Translations under genes and position numbers: made by a program | In this document: piece by piece, positions 9,918 to 20,187 of the stretch | Layout of the letters: each line of letters starts with the position of its first letter | Position numbering within the stretch: the first letter of the stretch is position 1 | Notes under the pieces: generated by a model | The model's database searches: none | Seen by the model: the letters and a program-made list of their open reading frames with translations, nothing else | What the model was told of the DNA's origin: nothing | Assembly (NCBI GenBank): GCA_011364975.1 | Contig: RDOE01000003.1 | Location: forward strand, 1-64,000 | Length of the DNA: 64,000 bases | From: Promethearchaeota archaeon | GTDB lineage: Archaea; Asgardarchaeota; Lokiarchaeia; Sigyniarchaeales; SOKP01 | Direction: 5' to 3'

Positions 9918-10757
9918 TCATGTCTCTATCTTTAATTCTTCTAGTTTGGTAGCGAATTCATCAATTTTTTCGGTAAATATTTCAAAAGTTTTTTTGATAA
10001 TTGTTTTAAATGGTAATACACCATCACTTTCTATCGAAAAAATGTAAGCATCCTTTTTATGTAATACTTTAATTTTACCCTCTGATATTTTTTCACAAGA
10101 TTTACATAATGTGCAAACTTTCCAGTAATCTTCCTTTAATTTCAAGTTTTTTTTACTATCTAATTCAAATAGCTTGAAAGGACACATTTTCGCGATTTCT
10201 TCATTTTCTTCTTCATTTTTTAAATCTTTTTCATTAAATTCTACAATCGGGTAATATCTAAAAAAGACATTAGAAACAGCTTGCCATTTTGCATGATCTT
10301 TTGCTCTTCCTAATACTGCATAAGCTTCAATTATAACTTTGTTATTTTTATCGATTTTAACAATGGGTATATTAGGATCAACTGGAATTATTTTAGGGTC
10401 ATTAGATTTTAAATCACCCGAATAAATAATCAGAGGAGAATTCGTTGCATTAGTTATTTCACACGTTAAGGATACTTGGCACATTGGACAGCCATATCCT
10501 GAGCATTCACATTCTCGAGGGAGTTTATATACATCTAAATCCGTTTTTAGAGGGAGCATTCCTAATCTGTGAGCAATAATTTCATCGTAAAGTGGGCTAT
10601 CGTTTTTTAAAATAATTACTTCATCTATCGCCATAACTGGTATTTCTGTCAAAATGATTCTCCTTATGGCATTAATCATTTCAATTGAAATTCCTTCTAC
10701 CTCTAAAACTAAATTCTGTTCATTTTGTTGTAGTACATCAAGCTTCACAGGACTCAT
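9918..10757 (-). CDS. rpoD: DNA-directed RNA polymerase subunit D (Rpo3)
   Basis: NAIRRIIL, YDEIIAHRLG, HAKWQ, FSIESDG; Zn loop CECSGYGCPMC and Fe-S-like CP...CTLCKSC. Confidence 0.97.
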   Translation of the reverse strand: MSPVKLDVLQQNEQNLVLEVEGISIEMINAIRRIILTEIPVMAIDEVIILKNDSPLYDEIIAHRLGMLPLKTDLDVYKLPRECECSGYGCPMCQVSLTCEITNATNSPLIIYSGDLKSNDPKIIPVDPNIPIVKIDKNNKVIIEAYAVLGRAKDHAKWQAVSNVFFRYYPIVEFNEKDLKNEEENEEIAKMCPFKLFELDSKKNLKLKEDYWKVCTLCKSCEKISEGKIKVLHKKDAYIFSIESDGVLPFKTIIKKTFEIFTEKIDEFATKLEELKIET

Positions 10758-10862
10758 AATAAATGAATACTCGTATATTAATTAATTATAACTAGGTGAT
10801 TGCTAAAATCAGCTATTTAAGATAAATTTTTCTATTAAATTTTAAAAAAAGAAATAAAAATA

Positions 10863-12191
10863 CTAATAAAACTTGATATATTCATATGCTTTATTAGGAG
10901 ATTGAAAGCAATATTTAATCTCTTGAAAGCCCTTTTTAAACTCTATAACTTGTTCTCTTATTTTTTTAGGATCTGACTTATCAACGATAACCTTCTTAAT
11001 AAATTCTGCGATATCTTCCATTTCTGTTTTCCCCATACCTAAGCGGGTGACTTCAGAGGTACCTAATCGAAGTCCTCCAGGATTCTGATAATGCCTCCCT
11101 TCCTGAATATCCCATGGAAGTAAGTTCCGATTAAGTATAATATTACATTTCTCTAATAATGCTTCGATATCTCCTCCTAAACCTATAGTCTTTTCAAATT
11201 TGGTGATATCTACCACAATCTGATGAGATTCGGTGAACCCCTTATGTTCCATTAAAACATTAATTCCTCTTTCATTTAAGGCTTGAGCTAAAGCTTTTGC
11301 ATTCTGAATTACATTTTTATGATATTCTTTCCCGAACTCAAGCATTTCTGCAAATGCTACAGCTAATGCTGCCACATTATGTAAATGATGATTAGAAAGC
11401 AATGCTGGAAAAGTGCATGATCTCAATGTTTCAATTAAATCTTCCCGATTTGACACAAGTGTACCATGCTGAGGCCCTGGCAGTGTTTTATGGGTACTCA
11501 TAGTCATAACATCAGCCCCCTCCCTTAAAGGGTCTTGAAAGTATCCTGAACCTATTAAACCAGCTACATGAGCTGCATCATAACCAACATTCGCTCCAAC
11601 TTCTTTAGCTACTTCACTAAGTTCTTTTACTGGATGAGGAAATAAAAATACGGATCCCCCAAATAAAACAAGTTCTGGTTCAAAACTTCTTATTATTTTT
11701 GCGGTTTTATCTACATCTAAATTCATTTCATCATTATCAAAGGCCATATATTCAATATTCAAGCCTCTAACTGTCCCTGCTGTTCCATAAATGGCCATAC
11801 CACTTTTTGTGAATTTAGGTGCATGAGAGATATGTCCTCCTTTAGGAATTGGCATAATGAGCATTTTACCATTGTTATCAGAAGTAAATGCATTATACAT
11901 TGCTAAATTTGCAACAACTCCAGATATCGGTCTAACATCAGCATGAATACACTTGAAATATTCTTTTGCTAATTCCATGCAAATATCTTCTACCATATCA
12001 ATATATTTGCATCCTGCATAAACACGCTGTCCAACCCATCCTTCTGCATATCTATGACTCATATCACAATTTGCAGCTTCATCTACAGCAGGACTAGTTA
12101 TGTTCTCAGAAGCAATCAATGGAATTGAATCACTAAATAATCTATTATGTTCCATTAAAATTTGTCTAATTTCTTCAACTTTATTTCTCAA
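10863..12191 (-). CDS. glyA: serine hydroxymethyltransferase (archaeal type)
   Basis: LIASEN, RYAEG, GGHISH, PLP lysine STHKT, GLRLGT. Confidence 0.97.
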   Translation of the reverse strand: MRNKVEEIRQILMEHNRLFSDSIPLIASENITSPAVDEAANCDMSHRYAEGWVGQRVYAGCKYIDMVEDICMELAKEYFKCIHADVRPISGVVANLAMYNAFTSDNNGKMLIMPIPKGGHISHAPKFTKSGMAIYGTAGTVRGLNIEYMAFDNDEMNLDVDKTAKIIRSFEPELVLFGGSVFLFPHPVKELSEVAKEVGANVGYDAAHVAGLIGSGYFQDPLREGADVMTMSTHKTLPGPQHGTLVSNREDLIETLRSCTFPALLSNHHLHNVAALAVAFAEMLEFGKEYHKNVIQNAKALAQALNERGINVLMEHKGFTESHQIVVDITKFEKTIGLGGDIEALLEKCNIILNRNLLPWDIQEGRHYQNPGGLRLGTSEVTRLGMGKTEMEDIAEFIKKVIVDKSDPKKIREQVIEFKKGFQEIKYCFQSPNKAYEYIKFY

Positions 12192-12351
12192 TATTAATCA
12201 GTCTAAAATCTAATTTTAAATCTACAGTTAAAAAAGTATAAATTTCCAAATATTTTAAACCTTTTGGCTAAAATAAGTATTTAATATGCTCCAAATCAAA
12301 AAACGTTGGTTGAGAATTAAGCTAAGAAATTCTCTCTTAATTTAATGATAC

Positions 12352-13281
12352 TTATCCCTTTGATTTTTCTAAAATTAGTCGAGCTTCATAAAGATTTAAT
12401 TTCTTTCCCGCTTTCTGTTTCTCCAAAGCTTCAGCTAATTTGTCCTGCTTCAATTTTTCTAATTCTTCCATTCGTTTAGTATTTACCTTATATGGCCTTC
12501 TTGTGCTCTTATCAAAATTTTGTGGTCTTTTTCCTCTAGATACTTTTTTTCTTTGGTTCATTAGTCTCAAAAATCGCTCATGATAATCATCAGCGGCTTT
12601 TTTATTAACAATTAGCTCTTCTTCAAGAGATTTTTTTTTTTCTCGTAGATTGTTGACATATTGATAGGTTTCATGCATTTTTGCATGATAATTTTGAGAT
12701 TTATTTGACCACTTATTCAATTGTTCGTAAATTTTATTCAAATTTAATTTAACAATTTTAATTTTTTTTTCAAGTTTGAATAATTCACTATTTTGTTCTT
12801 CAGAAAGATATTTTTGTTTCATTTCAGCTAATTCTTTGATTTTATCTATGATAGCATTCTCTTCAGTAATATCGAGGTATTCAATTTCGATTTTTCTCTC
12901 CAAATTTTCAATTTTTCGCTCTATTTGTTTAATAGAAAAAACTTTTTTTGATTCTCCATTACTTTTATTTATTTTGAGAATGTTTTTTTTCTCATCAATA
13001 AAACCATCGAGTATCTTTTTATATTCAATCTTCTTATCTTTTAATTTCTTAACTTTACTATTCCAGTAATCACGTTTTTTTTGGTAATTTTCTTTTGCAA
13101 TTTTTAGTTGTGCTTCAACCTGATTATCAATTTCCTGTAACTCATTAATGTAATCTTTTGTTTTTTGGTTTAGATCATCTCTTTTCTTACGAAACTCTTC
13201 AATTTGAAACTGAAGTTCTTTAAAAGAGAGGTTTGAAGCTTGAGACGTACCTGTGTTGTCCCTACTCATAGATAAATTCAT
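12352..13281 (-). CDS. archaeal coiled-coil protein (COG1340-like)
   Basis: long heptad K/E-rich helix, KRDDLN start motif, ADDYHE and C-terminal GKKLNLYE typical of this family. Confidence 0.75.
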   Translation of the reverse strand: MNLSMSRDNTGTSQASNLSFKELQFQIEEFRKKRDDLNQKTKDYINELQEIDNQVEAQLKIAKENYQKKRDYWNSKVKKLKDKKIEYKKILDGFIDEKKNILKINKSNGESKKVFSIKQIERKIENLERKIEIEYLDITEENAIIDKIKELAEMKQKYLSEEQNSELFKLEKKIKIVKLNLNKIYEQLNKWSNKSQNYHAKMHETYQYVNNLREKKKSLEEELIVNKKAADDYHERFLRLMNQRKKVSRGKRPQNFDKSTRRPYKVNTKRMEELEKLKQDKLAEALEKQKAGKKLNLYEARLILEKSKG

Positions 13282-13590
13282 TAAAAAGTATTAATAAAAA
13301 GCGATACTTAACTCTTGATTAATTAATTCAATTTAACATTTATTTTATATTTTTTGTAAAACATAATAAAAAAGGGGAAATAGAATAATAATTACTGACA
13401 ATTGTGTATAGAATAGAACTTAGAGTTCCCTTTATTCATCTTTTCTTATTCCATGTATTCTTATAACTTTAAAGGTAAACAAGCTGATTTTTAATATACT
13501 AAAAATTATTATTAATAAATCGATTTTTATAAAAAATACAATTATTTACTAGTAATTACTGAAATTTTTTTTGGTTTCTGGTGAAAATTT

Positions 13591-14469
13591 ATGACTGATG
13601 ATTTAATAGAGGAAAATGATCTGGTTTTTCTTATTTTAGATGATAGAAGAAGATGGTTAATTAAAGTAAAATCAGGAAAAGAGTTTCAAACACATAAGGG
13701 TACTATTTTCTATGATGATATTATAGGAAAAACTTTTGGTTCAGTTACTTTTTCAAAACCTTACGATTCTCAAGGATATAAATTTTATCTCCTCAAACCA
13801 CTTCCTTCAGATTATGTTACTCATATGACTAGAAAGACCCAAATTATTTATCCTGAAGATGCGGGACTCATTTTAATGTATTCTGGAATAGGACCTGGAA
13901 GTCGGGTGCTCGAAGCAGGATGTGGCTCCGGAGCATTAACATGTATCTTAGGCAACTATGTTAGACCTAATGGCCATATCTATTCATATGATATTAGTGA
14001 AAAAAGCCTTAAACAAGCAAATAAAAATATTCATAGTGCCAAATTGAGTGACATAATATCTATAACCTATGGAGATATATTAAAAGATGATCTAAACCTA
14101 AAAGATATTGATTCTATCGTTTTAGATATGCCCCAACCATGGGATGCAATAGAAAAAGTGAAAAAATACTTACGAACGAGCGGAACTTTAGTTTCTTTTT
14201 CACCCACAATTGAACAAGTAAAGAAAACGACTGCTGCCTTACGTGAGAACGCCTTTATTGAAGTTAATACCTATGAATTAATAAAAAGGCGTTATCAAGT
14301 CAAGGAAAATGCTACGAGACCAGAAGTACGCATGATAGGGCATACAGGTTTTCTTACTTTTGCCAGAAATGTACATGATGAAGAGAATCCCTTTCGAGAA
14401 AGAAAACCAGAAAAATCAGTGTTTGTTGATTTAAACGGAATGCCATTAAGGAGTAGTGATCTATCTTGA
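13591..14469 (+). CDS. trmI: tRNA (adenine57/58-N1) methyltransferase
   Basis: RKTQIIYPED, VLEAGCGSGALT, LDMPQPW, FSPTIEQV, GHTGFL. Confidence 0.95.
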   Translation: MTDDLIEENDLVFLILDDRRRWLIKVKSGKEFQTHKGTIFYDDIIGKTFGSVTFSKPYDSQGYKFYLLKPLPSDYVTHMTRKTQIIYPEDAGLILMYSGIGPGSRVLEAGCGSGALTCILGNYVRPNGHIYSYDISEKSLKQANKNIHSAKLSDIISITYGDILKDDLNLKDIDSIVLDMPQPWDAIEKVKKYLRTSGTLVSFSPTIEQVKKTTAALRENAFIEVNTYELIKRRYQVKENATRPEVRMIGHTGFLTFARNVHDEENPFRERKPEKSVFVDLNGMPLRSSDLS

Positions 14470-14801
14470 TAGAATATGAAGAATTTAATAAATTAGATAT
14501 CAGAGTCGCTCTTATCAAATCTTGTGAACTCATCCCTAAAGCAAAAAATCTTTATAAGTTATCATTAGATTGCGGAGAAGAAAGATTACGACAAATCATT
14601 ACGGGTATATCTCAATTTTATAAAGAAGAAGAATTAATTGGGCGTAAAATAGTAATTCTTATGAATTTAAAACCAAAAATCATTATGGGTGAGCTAAGTG
14701 AAGGTATGCTTCTTGCTGCTGATTTTAAAGGAGAACCATTTCTATTACTGATAGATGAAAGAAATGGAAAAGATGTGCCGCCAGGCTCTAAAATAAAGTA
14801 A
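14466..14801 (+). CDS. Trbp111/CsaA-like tRNA-binding OB-fold protein
   Basis: FNKLDIRV, RQIITGI, NLKP..MG..SEGMLLAA. Confidence 0.92.
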   Translation: MIEYEEFNKLDIRVALIKSCELIPKAKNLYKLSLDCGEERLRQIITGISQFYKEEELIGRKIVILMNLKPKIIMGELSEGMLLAADFKGEPFLLLIDERNGKDVPPGSKIK

Positions 14802-15221
14802 TTAGAATCCTTTCAATTTCACACCAGTTTGTAACTCTTTCTTTTTCTTAAATCGTTCTGTTTTAAAAAAATATTTCTTCTTCTCCGGTAAAATATCAAT
14901 ATATTTTCGTAAAATATCTTCAACAAAAGACTTAGTAGCTTTATTCGGAATTTTACCGGGATCTGTGAGGTTAGATAAAATCTCTTTATCCTTAACATCA
15001 TCCGAAAGGCCTAAATTCTTAAGAGGTATATGAAAAGAATGAGTAAACCATCCTTTGCTCTTCTCTTCATGTGCAATGACTCTTAATATATTTTCTTCTT
15101 CCTTTTTAATTTTGAAATCGACAAGTTTCTTGCCAGGGCGTACGATAATAGAAGCGTAAAGTGGAATTTTATTTTTTGGGTCATGTATTTTTTTATAAAA
15201 TTCCTTTAATTTATCACTCAT
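14802..15221 (-). CDS. hypothetical basic protein
   Basis: 139-aa ORF with its own upstream intergenic region; no recognised motif. Confidence 0.6.
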   Translation of the reverse strand: MSDKLKEFYKKIHDPKNKIPLYASIIVRPGKKLVDFKIKKEEENILRVIAHEEKSKGWFTHSFHIPLKNLGLSDDVKDKEILSNLTDPGKIPNKATKSFVEDILRKYIDILPEKKKYFFKTERFKKKKELQTGVKLKGF

Positions 15222-15317
15222 AGTAGTTCTATAAACCTATTATTCCTAAGATATAAATAGTTTAAAGTAAAATACCTAATTAAATTTATTATAACAAATA
15301 ATTACAGAGAAAAAATA

Positions 15318-15737
15318 ATGATTGTATTAAAGTCATTTGAAATAAAAACTAAACCTTTTTGTGATGTAATTAATATTACAAATCAAGTCCAAAATACTTT
15401 AAAAGAAAGTGGTCTGCATAGCGGGATTGTAAATGTCCATGTAGCAGGATCAACTGCATCAATTTCAACTACAGAATTTGAACCTGGGTTAGTACAACAT
15501 GATATCAAGGATTTTCTGGAAAACCTGTTACCATATGATGCCCATTATAGACACCATCAAACGTGGGGAGACCATAATGGAAGTGGTCATTTAAGAAGCT
15601 TTCTACTTAAAACTTCACAAACCTTTCCATTTCATAATACAACTTTGATTTTAGGAACCTGGCAACAAATTATTTTTATCGAATGCGATGAAAAGCCCCG
15701 GAATCGAAAAATTTATTGTCAAATTATAGGAGAGTAG
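15318..15737 (+). CDS. YjbQ/UPF0047 family protein
   Basis: GSTAS, EFEPGL, NGSGHLRS, LGTWQQI. Confidence 0.93.
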   Translation: MIVLKSFEIKTKPFCDVINITNQVQNTLKESGLHSGIVNVHVAGSTASISTTEFEPGLVQHDIKDFLENLLPYDAHYRHHQTWGDHNGSGHLRSFLLKTSQTFPFHNTTLILGTWQQIIFIECDEKPRNRKIYCQIIGE

Positions 15738-15761
15738 AAAAAAAATACTCTAATTAATAAA

Positions 15762-15983
15762 TTATTTCTTATCCATAATGTTACCAAATTCATTTAGTAA
15801 CATATGATATACTTCGCGACGTCGAACATCTTCGAATTTACTTATCATTTTTAAAACTGTTTTATGCCTTTCTTGTATCATGCTTTTAAACATGGGAATT
15901 TTTCTTATAATATTATCAAATTTATTTTTTTGGTGGATTTGATAATTAAGAAATTCTAAAAATTTATTATCTTCTTCGAACAC
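15762..15983 (-). CDS. small hypothetical protein
   Basis: GTG start preceded by GAGGA SD-like motif; 73 aa helical. Confidence 0.5.
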   Translation of the reverse strand: MFEEDNKFLEFLNYQIHQKNKFDNIIRKIPMFKSMIQERHKTVLKMISKFEDVRRREVYHMLLNEFGNIMDKK

Positions 15984-16231
15984 TCTAATCCTCTTTATTG
16001 AATATTAACTTGACAATAATATCACTGATTCGAATTAAAAATAATAGTATCATGTAAATGTTGTTCAAGTAATATTCAAAGTATGAGATATGTTGAAGAA
16101 AATTCTAAGATACACATAAGATTAAAAATAAGAATTTTCTCCTTCTAATAAAAAATTACTTGTAAATAAAAAGAAGAGATTTAAATCTCTATTTTTAAAA
16201 TTAATGTTACTTATATGATAAAGGGAATATT

Positions 16232-17164
16232 ATGGATGATTTGTTAAAGATTATTATAGCTGGGCTTGATAATGCTGGTAAAACCTCTATTTTAACGGCC
16301 TTAAACAAGAAATACGACTTCCACAAAGATATCGTTTCTCTCACTCCAACCATAAGAGTAGAATATCATGCTACTGAATTTTTAAAAAAAAAAGTTATTT
16401 TCTGGGATCTTGGAGGTCAAAAACAATACAGAGCCCTCTATGAAGAAAAGCAAGATCTATATTTTGCAGATACTGATTTACTGGTATATATCATTGATAT
16501 CCAAGATAAAGAACGTTATAACACCTCCCTTGAATATTTAGATATGATCTTACATCATTTCGATACACATAAGATGGATATTCCTCTTATCATAAGTTTC
16601 CATAAATTTGATCCAGAAATTCATGGAAATAATGACATTCTTTTTGAAATTGAAAAATTTAAATCAAAAATTAATAGGACTTACAATTCATTTAAGATTC
16701 TCTATCAACAAACCTCTATATATGATATTATTTCAATAGTACAATTAGTCTCTTATGGACTCTCGGTTTTTGATGATAAATTTTTCGCCCTTTCAGAGTT
16801 ATTAGAAGACTATCTTAATGAATTTGGCAGTAAATCCCTTATTTTATTTGATAAAAATGGAATTATAATTAGTGAATTTTACAGCGAGTTAATCGAACCT
16901 GAGATCTATTTAGAACTTATAGAATCAATTAAAGACCATTTATTTCTTCTTAAAAGAATGCAGGAAGAATCTTACGAGACTGAATATACGTTCTCTTCTA
17001 TTGGAGATGACTTAATTTCTTATTTACATAGAATTGAACTAAAAGGAGAATCTATTTTTGTATCTGTTATCATCAACGAACACCTTAAAGAACAATTCCT
17101 GATAAGATTTACAGATTTCATATCAGATTTAACAAGTATCTTAATTCCACTCTTAGTTTCTTGA
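16232..17164 (+). CDS. small GTPase (Arf/Rag-like) fused to a C-terminal roadblock/longin-like domain
   Basis: G1 GLDNAGKTS, G2 PT, G3 WDLGGQ, G4 HKFD, G5 TSIYD; C-terminal SLILFDKNGIIISEF. Confidence 0.85.
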   Translation: MDDLLKIIIAGLDNAGKTSILTALNKKYDFHKDIVSLTPTIRVEYHATEFLKKKVIFWDLGGQKQYRALYEEKQDLYFADTDLLVYIIDIQDKERYNTSLEYLDMILHHFDTHKMDIPLIISFHKFDPEIHGNNDILFEIEKFKSKINRTYNSFKILYQQTSIYDIISIVQLVSYGLSVFDDKFFALSELLEDYLNEFGSKSLILFDKNGIIISEFYSELIEPEIYLELIESIKDHLFLLKRMQEESYETEYTFSSIGDDLISYLHRIELKGESIFVSVIINEHLKEQFLIRFTDFISDLTSILIPLLVS

Positions 17165-17187
17165 TGATTTTTTAAAATAAACCTAAT

Positions 17188-18297
17188 TTAATCGAGATGG
17201 AGTAATTTCTTTGATTTATCTATTAACTTTTCTTTTCTTTCTCGATGCTTTTTAATAAAAGATAAAACTTTATCTGCACATTGCTTTTTATGATCTCCAC
17301 ACATTAATTCACCCTTAACACATCCTTGAAAATCCTCAGAAATCTGTTTATCATCATCTTCAAAAAAGTATATCAACATTTTATAAATCATACATTTCTG
17401 AGGTTCTCCGCCCAATTCTTTCTGTTCAGCTTTATTCCTTCTTCCACCCGTAAGTGATCCCATTACTTTTTTCCTAATTGATTCTAAAGATTCATTGAAT
17501 GTAAAATAACTGTTTGGATTCCTTTTTGACATTTTATCTGCTCCATCTATTCCCGCTAATAGAAAATGATAGGTCGATGCTGGTCGAAAGAAGGTCTTAT
17601 AACTTCTCTGGGTCAAATCTCTTGTTAGTCTCAAGTGTGGTGCTTGATCTATCCCTACTGGTACCACTGTTGGTTGCTCACCATCTAGGATCTGAGGTAA
17701 AAGGATATCTCCAACCTGTATTAAGGATGCAATGTATAATCCAAATGTTCTTTCTCCATATATTGCATTTAGCATATTCTGAGTGACAAGACGGCTAACT
17801 CTAAAACATATATCCTTTACAATCGGTTCTTTTGATTGTCTCCAAATATAAGCCTTTTTAGGGGATGGATCTAATCCTAAAGCTAATATATCTGCTAAAT
17901 TATCGATTGCAGTTGTTTCGGCCTCTTCAAATGTAATACCATTGTCTTCCCAAGATTCTATATCAGCGATACAATAATATGCTTTACCCCCTAATTTCTG
18001 AAAATCCACGATTTCCATAGCAGTTGTTAATGTTCCTAGATGAAACGGGCCTGATGGTTTGATTCCGCTCATAACAGCCCAATTTTGGTTATTTTCAATA
18101 GCTTTAAGAATTAAATCTAAATCAATATGCCCAAAAATAATTTTTCTCCGAATAAATTTATGTTGGAATAATTTTAGTTTTACATTATCACTTATTTCTT
18201 CAATACCGAAATCTTTTATTAATCTTGTATAGTCCTCATCTTCTAACTTACCAGAACCCCATGGATCAATTTTAAATCCGTTATAATTTTTAGACAT
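17188..18297 (-). CDS. trpS: tryptophanyl-tRNA synthetase
   Basis: IDPWG, SGIKPSGPFHLG (HIGH), VPVGIDQAPH, KMSK, TGGR; start placed at MSKNY. Confidence 0.95.
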   Translation of the reverse strand: MSKNYNGFKIDPWGSGKLEDEDYTRLIKDFGIEEISDNVKLKLFQHKFIRRKIIFGHIDLDLILKAIENNQNWAVMSGIKPSGPFHLGTLTTAMEIVDFQKLGGKAYYCIADIESWEDNGITFEEAETTAIDNLADILALGLDPSPKKAYIWRQSKEPIVKDICFRVSRLVTQNMLNAIYGERTFGLYIASLIQVGDILLPQILDGEQPTVVPVGIDQAPHLRLTRDLTQRSYKTFFRPASTYHFLLAGIDGADKMSKRNPNSYFTFNESLESIRKKVMGSLTGGRRNKAEQKELGGEPQKCMIYKMLIYFFEDDDKQISEDFQGCVKGELMCGDHKKQCADKVLSFIKKHRERKEKLIDKSKKLLHLD

Positions 18298-18457
18298 AAT
18301 GATCAACTTCGAAAATTCTTTGTTAATAATAAAAATAAAACCCAAATAAAAAATTTTAAGATAAGTCAATTAATTTATTTTTTAAAGCTTTCAAAGCTGT
18401 TTCAAAATGATGTATAAATTTCTAGGAAGAAATAGATAAAATTATCGATTACATAAT

Positions 18458-18946
18458 TTGCGAGTTAAAAGCATGAGTATTATAAATTCATCTACTTTTC
18501 CCAAAATTGATAATCAAGCTGATCTCGAACGTAAAAGGGAAATGGGTAAAACCTTTTTATTTTGCGTACTTTTTATTCTATTAATTTTTCTGTTTTCTAA
18601 TGTTTACATGTATGGGGATTTAATAAGCCTATTTACAATTATTACTATTATACTTACAATCCTTTTACTCTATTTGTATCCAAAAATCCACAATACTATC
18701 AATCAAAACCAATCGAGTAAAAAACCTAATGAAATGGTTATACTCGAGCAAGATATTTTTAATTTTTTGGTGAAGAACCAAGGAATATCTTATAGAAAGG
18801 AAGAAATAATCAATATTTATCTTAATAATAAAAAATTTGATGTAGATTCAACCATTATCAAAGAAGCAATATCTAATTTAGCAAACTCGAACAAAGTAAC
18901 CTGCATTATTATATCTGGCGAACTCTCATTTCTTGTTGAAAAATAG
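18458..18946 (+). CDS. two-TM membrane protein with C-terminal wHTH-like domain
   Basis: two hydrophobic helices followed by IFNFL..NQG..Y...I....L...K.V pattern. Confidence 0.55.
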   Translation: MRVKSMSIINSSTFPKIDNQADLERKREMGKTFLFCVLFILLIFLFSNVYMYGDLISLFTIITIILTILLLYLYPKIHNTINQNQSSKKPNEMVILEQDIFNFLVKNQGISYRKEEIINIYLNNKKFDVDSTIIKEAISNLANSNKVTCIIISGELSFLVEK

Positions 18947-19119
18947 ATTATTTTGTATGGAATTTAATTATTTCCTCATTGAAATATTTTTAAATATCAA
19001 CTTTATAATTTAAATTGATTCTTCTCTAACTTTTTTTTAAAATGCCATCAATTATAATATTTTTATACAAAATTATAAACCGTATCAATATTAGTTTAAA
19101 CTTTCTTTATTACAATACA

Positions 19120-19521
19120 ATGATAGAAAATGAAAAAAAATCTGATGAGTATTGGAAAAAAAAATTAACAAAAGATCAATATTATGTATTAAGAGAAAAA
19201 GGGACTGAAGCTCCATTTACAGGAAAATATTTAGATAATAAAGAGAAAGGCATATATTATTGTGCTGGATGTGGTACGCCCTTATTTGATTCAGGCACTA
19301 AGTTCAAATCTGGTACAGGATGGCCTAGCTTTTATACTGCAATAGAAAAAGATAATATTAAAGAAATTAAAGACACGAGCTACGGAATGATAAGAACTGA
19401 AGTTTTATGTAGTAAATGTGGAGGGCATCTAGGACATGTGTTCAACGATGGCCCTCGTCCTACGGGAATGAGATATTGTATAAATTCTATTTCATTAGAT
19501 ATTATATCAGAAAAGGAATAA
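19120..19521 (+). CDS. msrB: peptide methionine-R-sulfoxide reductase
   Basis: [35 protein letters not shown]; start placed at MIENEKK. Confidence 0.97.
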   Translation: MIENEKKSDEYWKKKLTKDQYYVLREKGTEAPFTGKYLDNKEKGIYYCAGCGTPLFDSGTKFKSGTGWPSFYTAIEKDNIKEIKDTSYGMIRTEVLCSKCGGHLGHVFNDGPRPTGMRYCINSISLDIISEKE

Positions 19522-19545
19522 TTTTTTTCTTCCTTTAAGGTTAAT

Positions 19546-19998
19546 TTAAAGTGTTACTATTGATGAATTTTTATATTCTTTTAAAACCATATTTGAAATG
19601 GTTTTAGTTACGAATTGTTCTTCATTTAATTCTCTAATAAAGTTGTGCACATCACCCGCTTCTTTGAAACGGCAGATCAAAGCTGCGGATTGTTCCCCTG
19701 TTGTATGGAATACTGAACAAACTTCTGGTTTACTTTTAATCTTCTCTAAAATTTCCTGAGTGTGTTTTCCATCTATTTGAATTCGGATTAAAAAAGTAAG
19801 TTTAAATCCTAACTGTTCATTGTTTAATTTAACGGTATATCCCTCAATAATCTTATTATTTTCGAGCTTTGAGATTCGATTGTGTATTGTTCCAATTGAT
19901 ATTCCTAACATATCTTGAATTTCGCGATAACTTGTTTTTGCATTCTCCTGAAGAATTTTAATTATATCCTTATCTATTTCATCAAGAGCTTTCTTCAT
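19546..19998 (-). CDS. Lrp/AsnC family transcriptional regulator
   Basis: LDEIDKDII..LQENAK HTH and C-terminal RAM domain (TTGE). Confidence 0.92.
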   Translation of the reverse strand: MKKALDEIDKDIIKILQENAKTSYREIQDMLGISIGTIHNRISKLENNKIIEGYTVKLNNEQLGFKLTFLIRIQIDGKHTQEILEKIKSKPEVCSVFHTTGEQSAALICRFKEAGDVHNFIRELNEEQFVTKTISNMVLKEYKNSSIVTL

Positions 19999-20187
19999 TT
20001 TCTCATATATAAAAAATTAATTATTATTAAATTAAACGAATTTCAGAATATGTTAAAATAATTAAACAAGCTTTATAATTTTTGGAAAATTAATTTGATT
20101 TTTATATAATGATCTCTAAATCACAAAATTCTTAAAATCCATCTCATTTAATAGATTAATTATAATAAAAATGATTAAGTGAAAATC

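Noticed and set aside
9918-10757. Rpb3-like Zn loop and Fe-S motif in RpoD as a eukaryotic signature
   Set aside because: Both features are known in many archaeal RpoD proteins
13395-13410. CTGACAATT motif shared with the intergenic region at 25362
   Set aside because: Only two copies upstream of unrelated genes; compatible with chance
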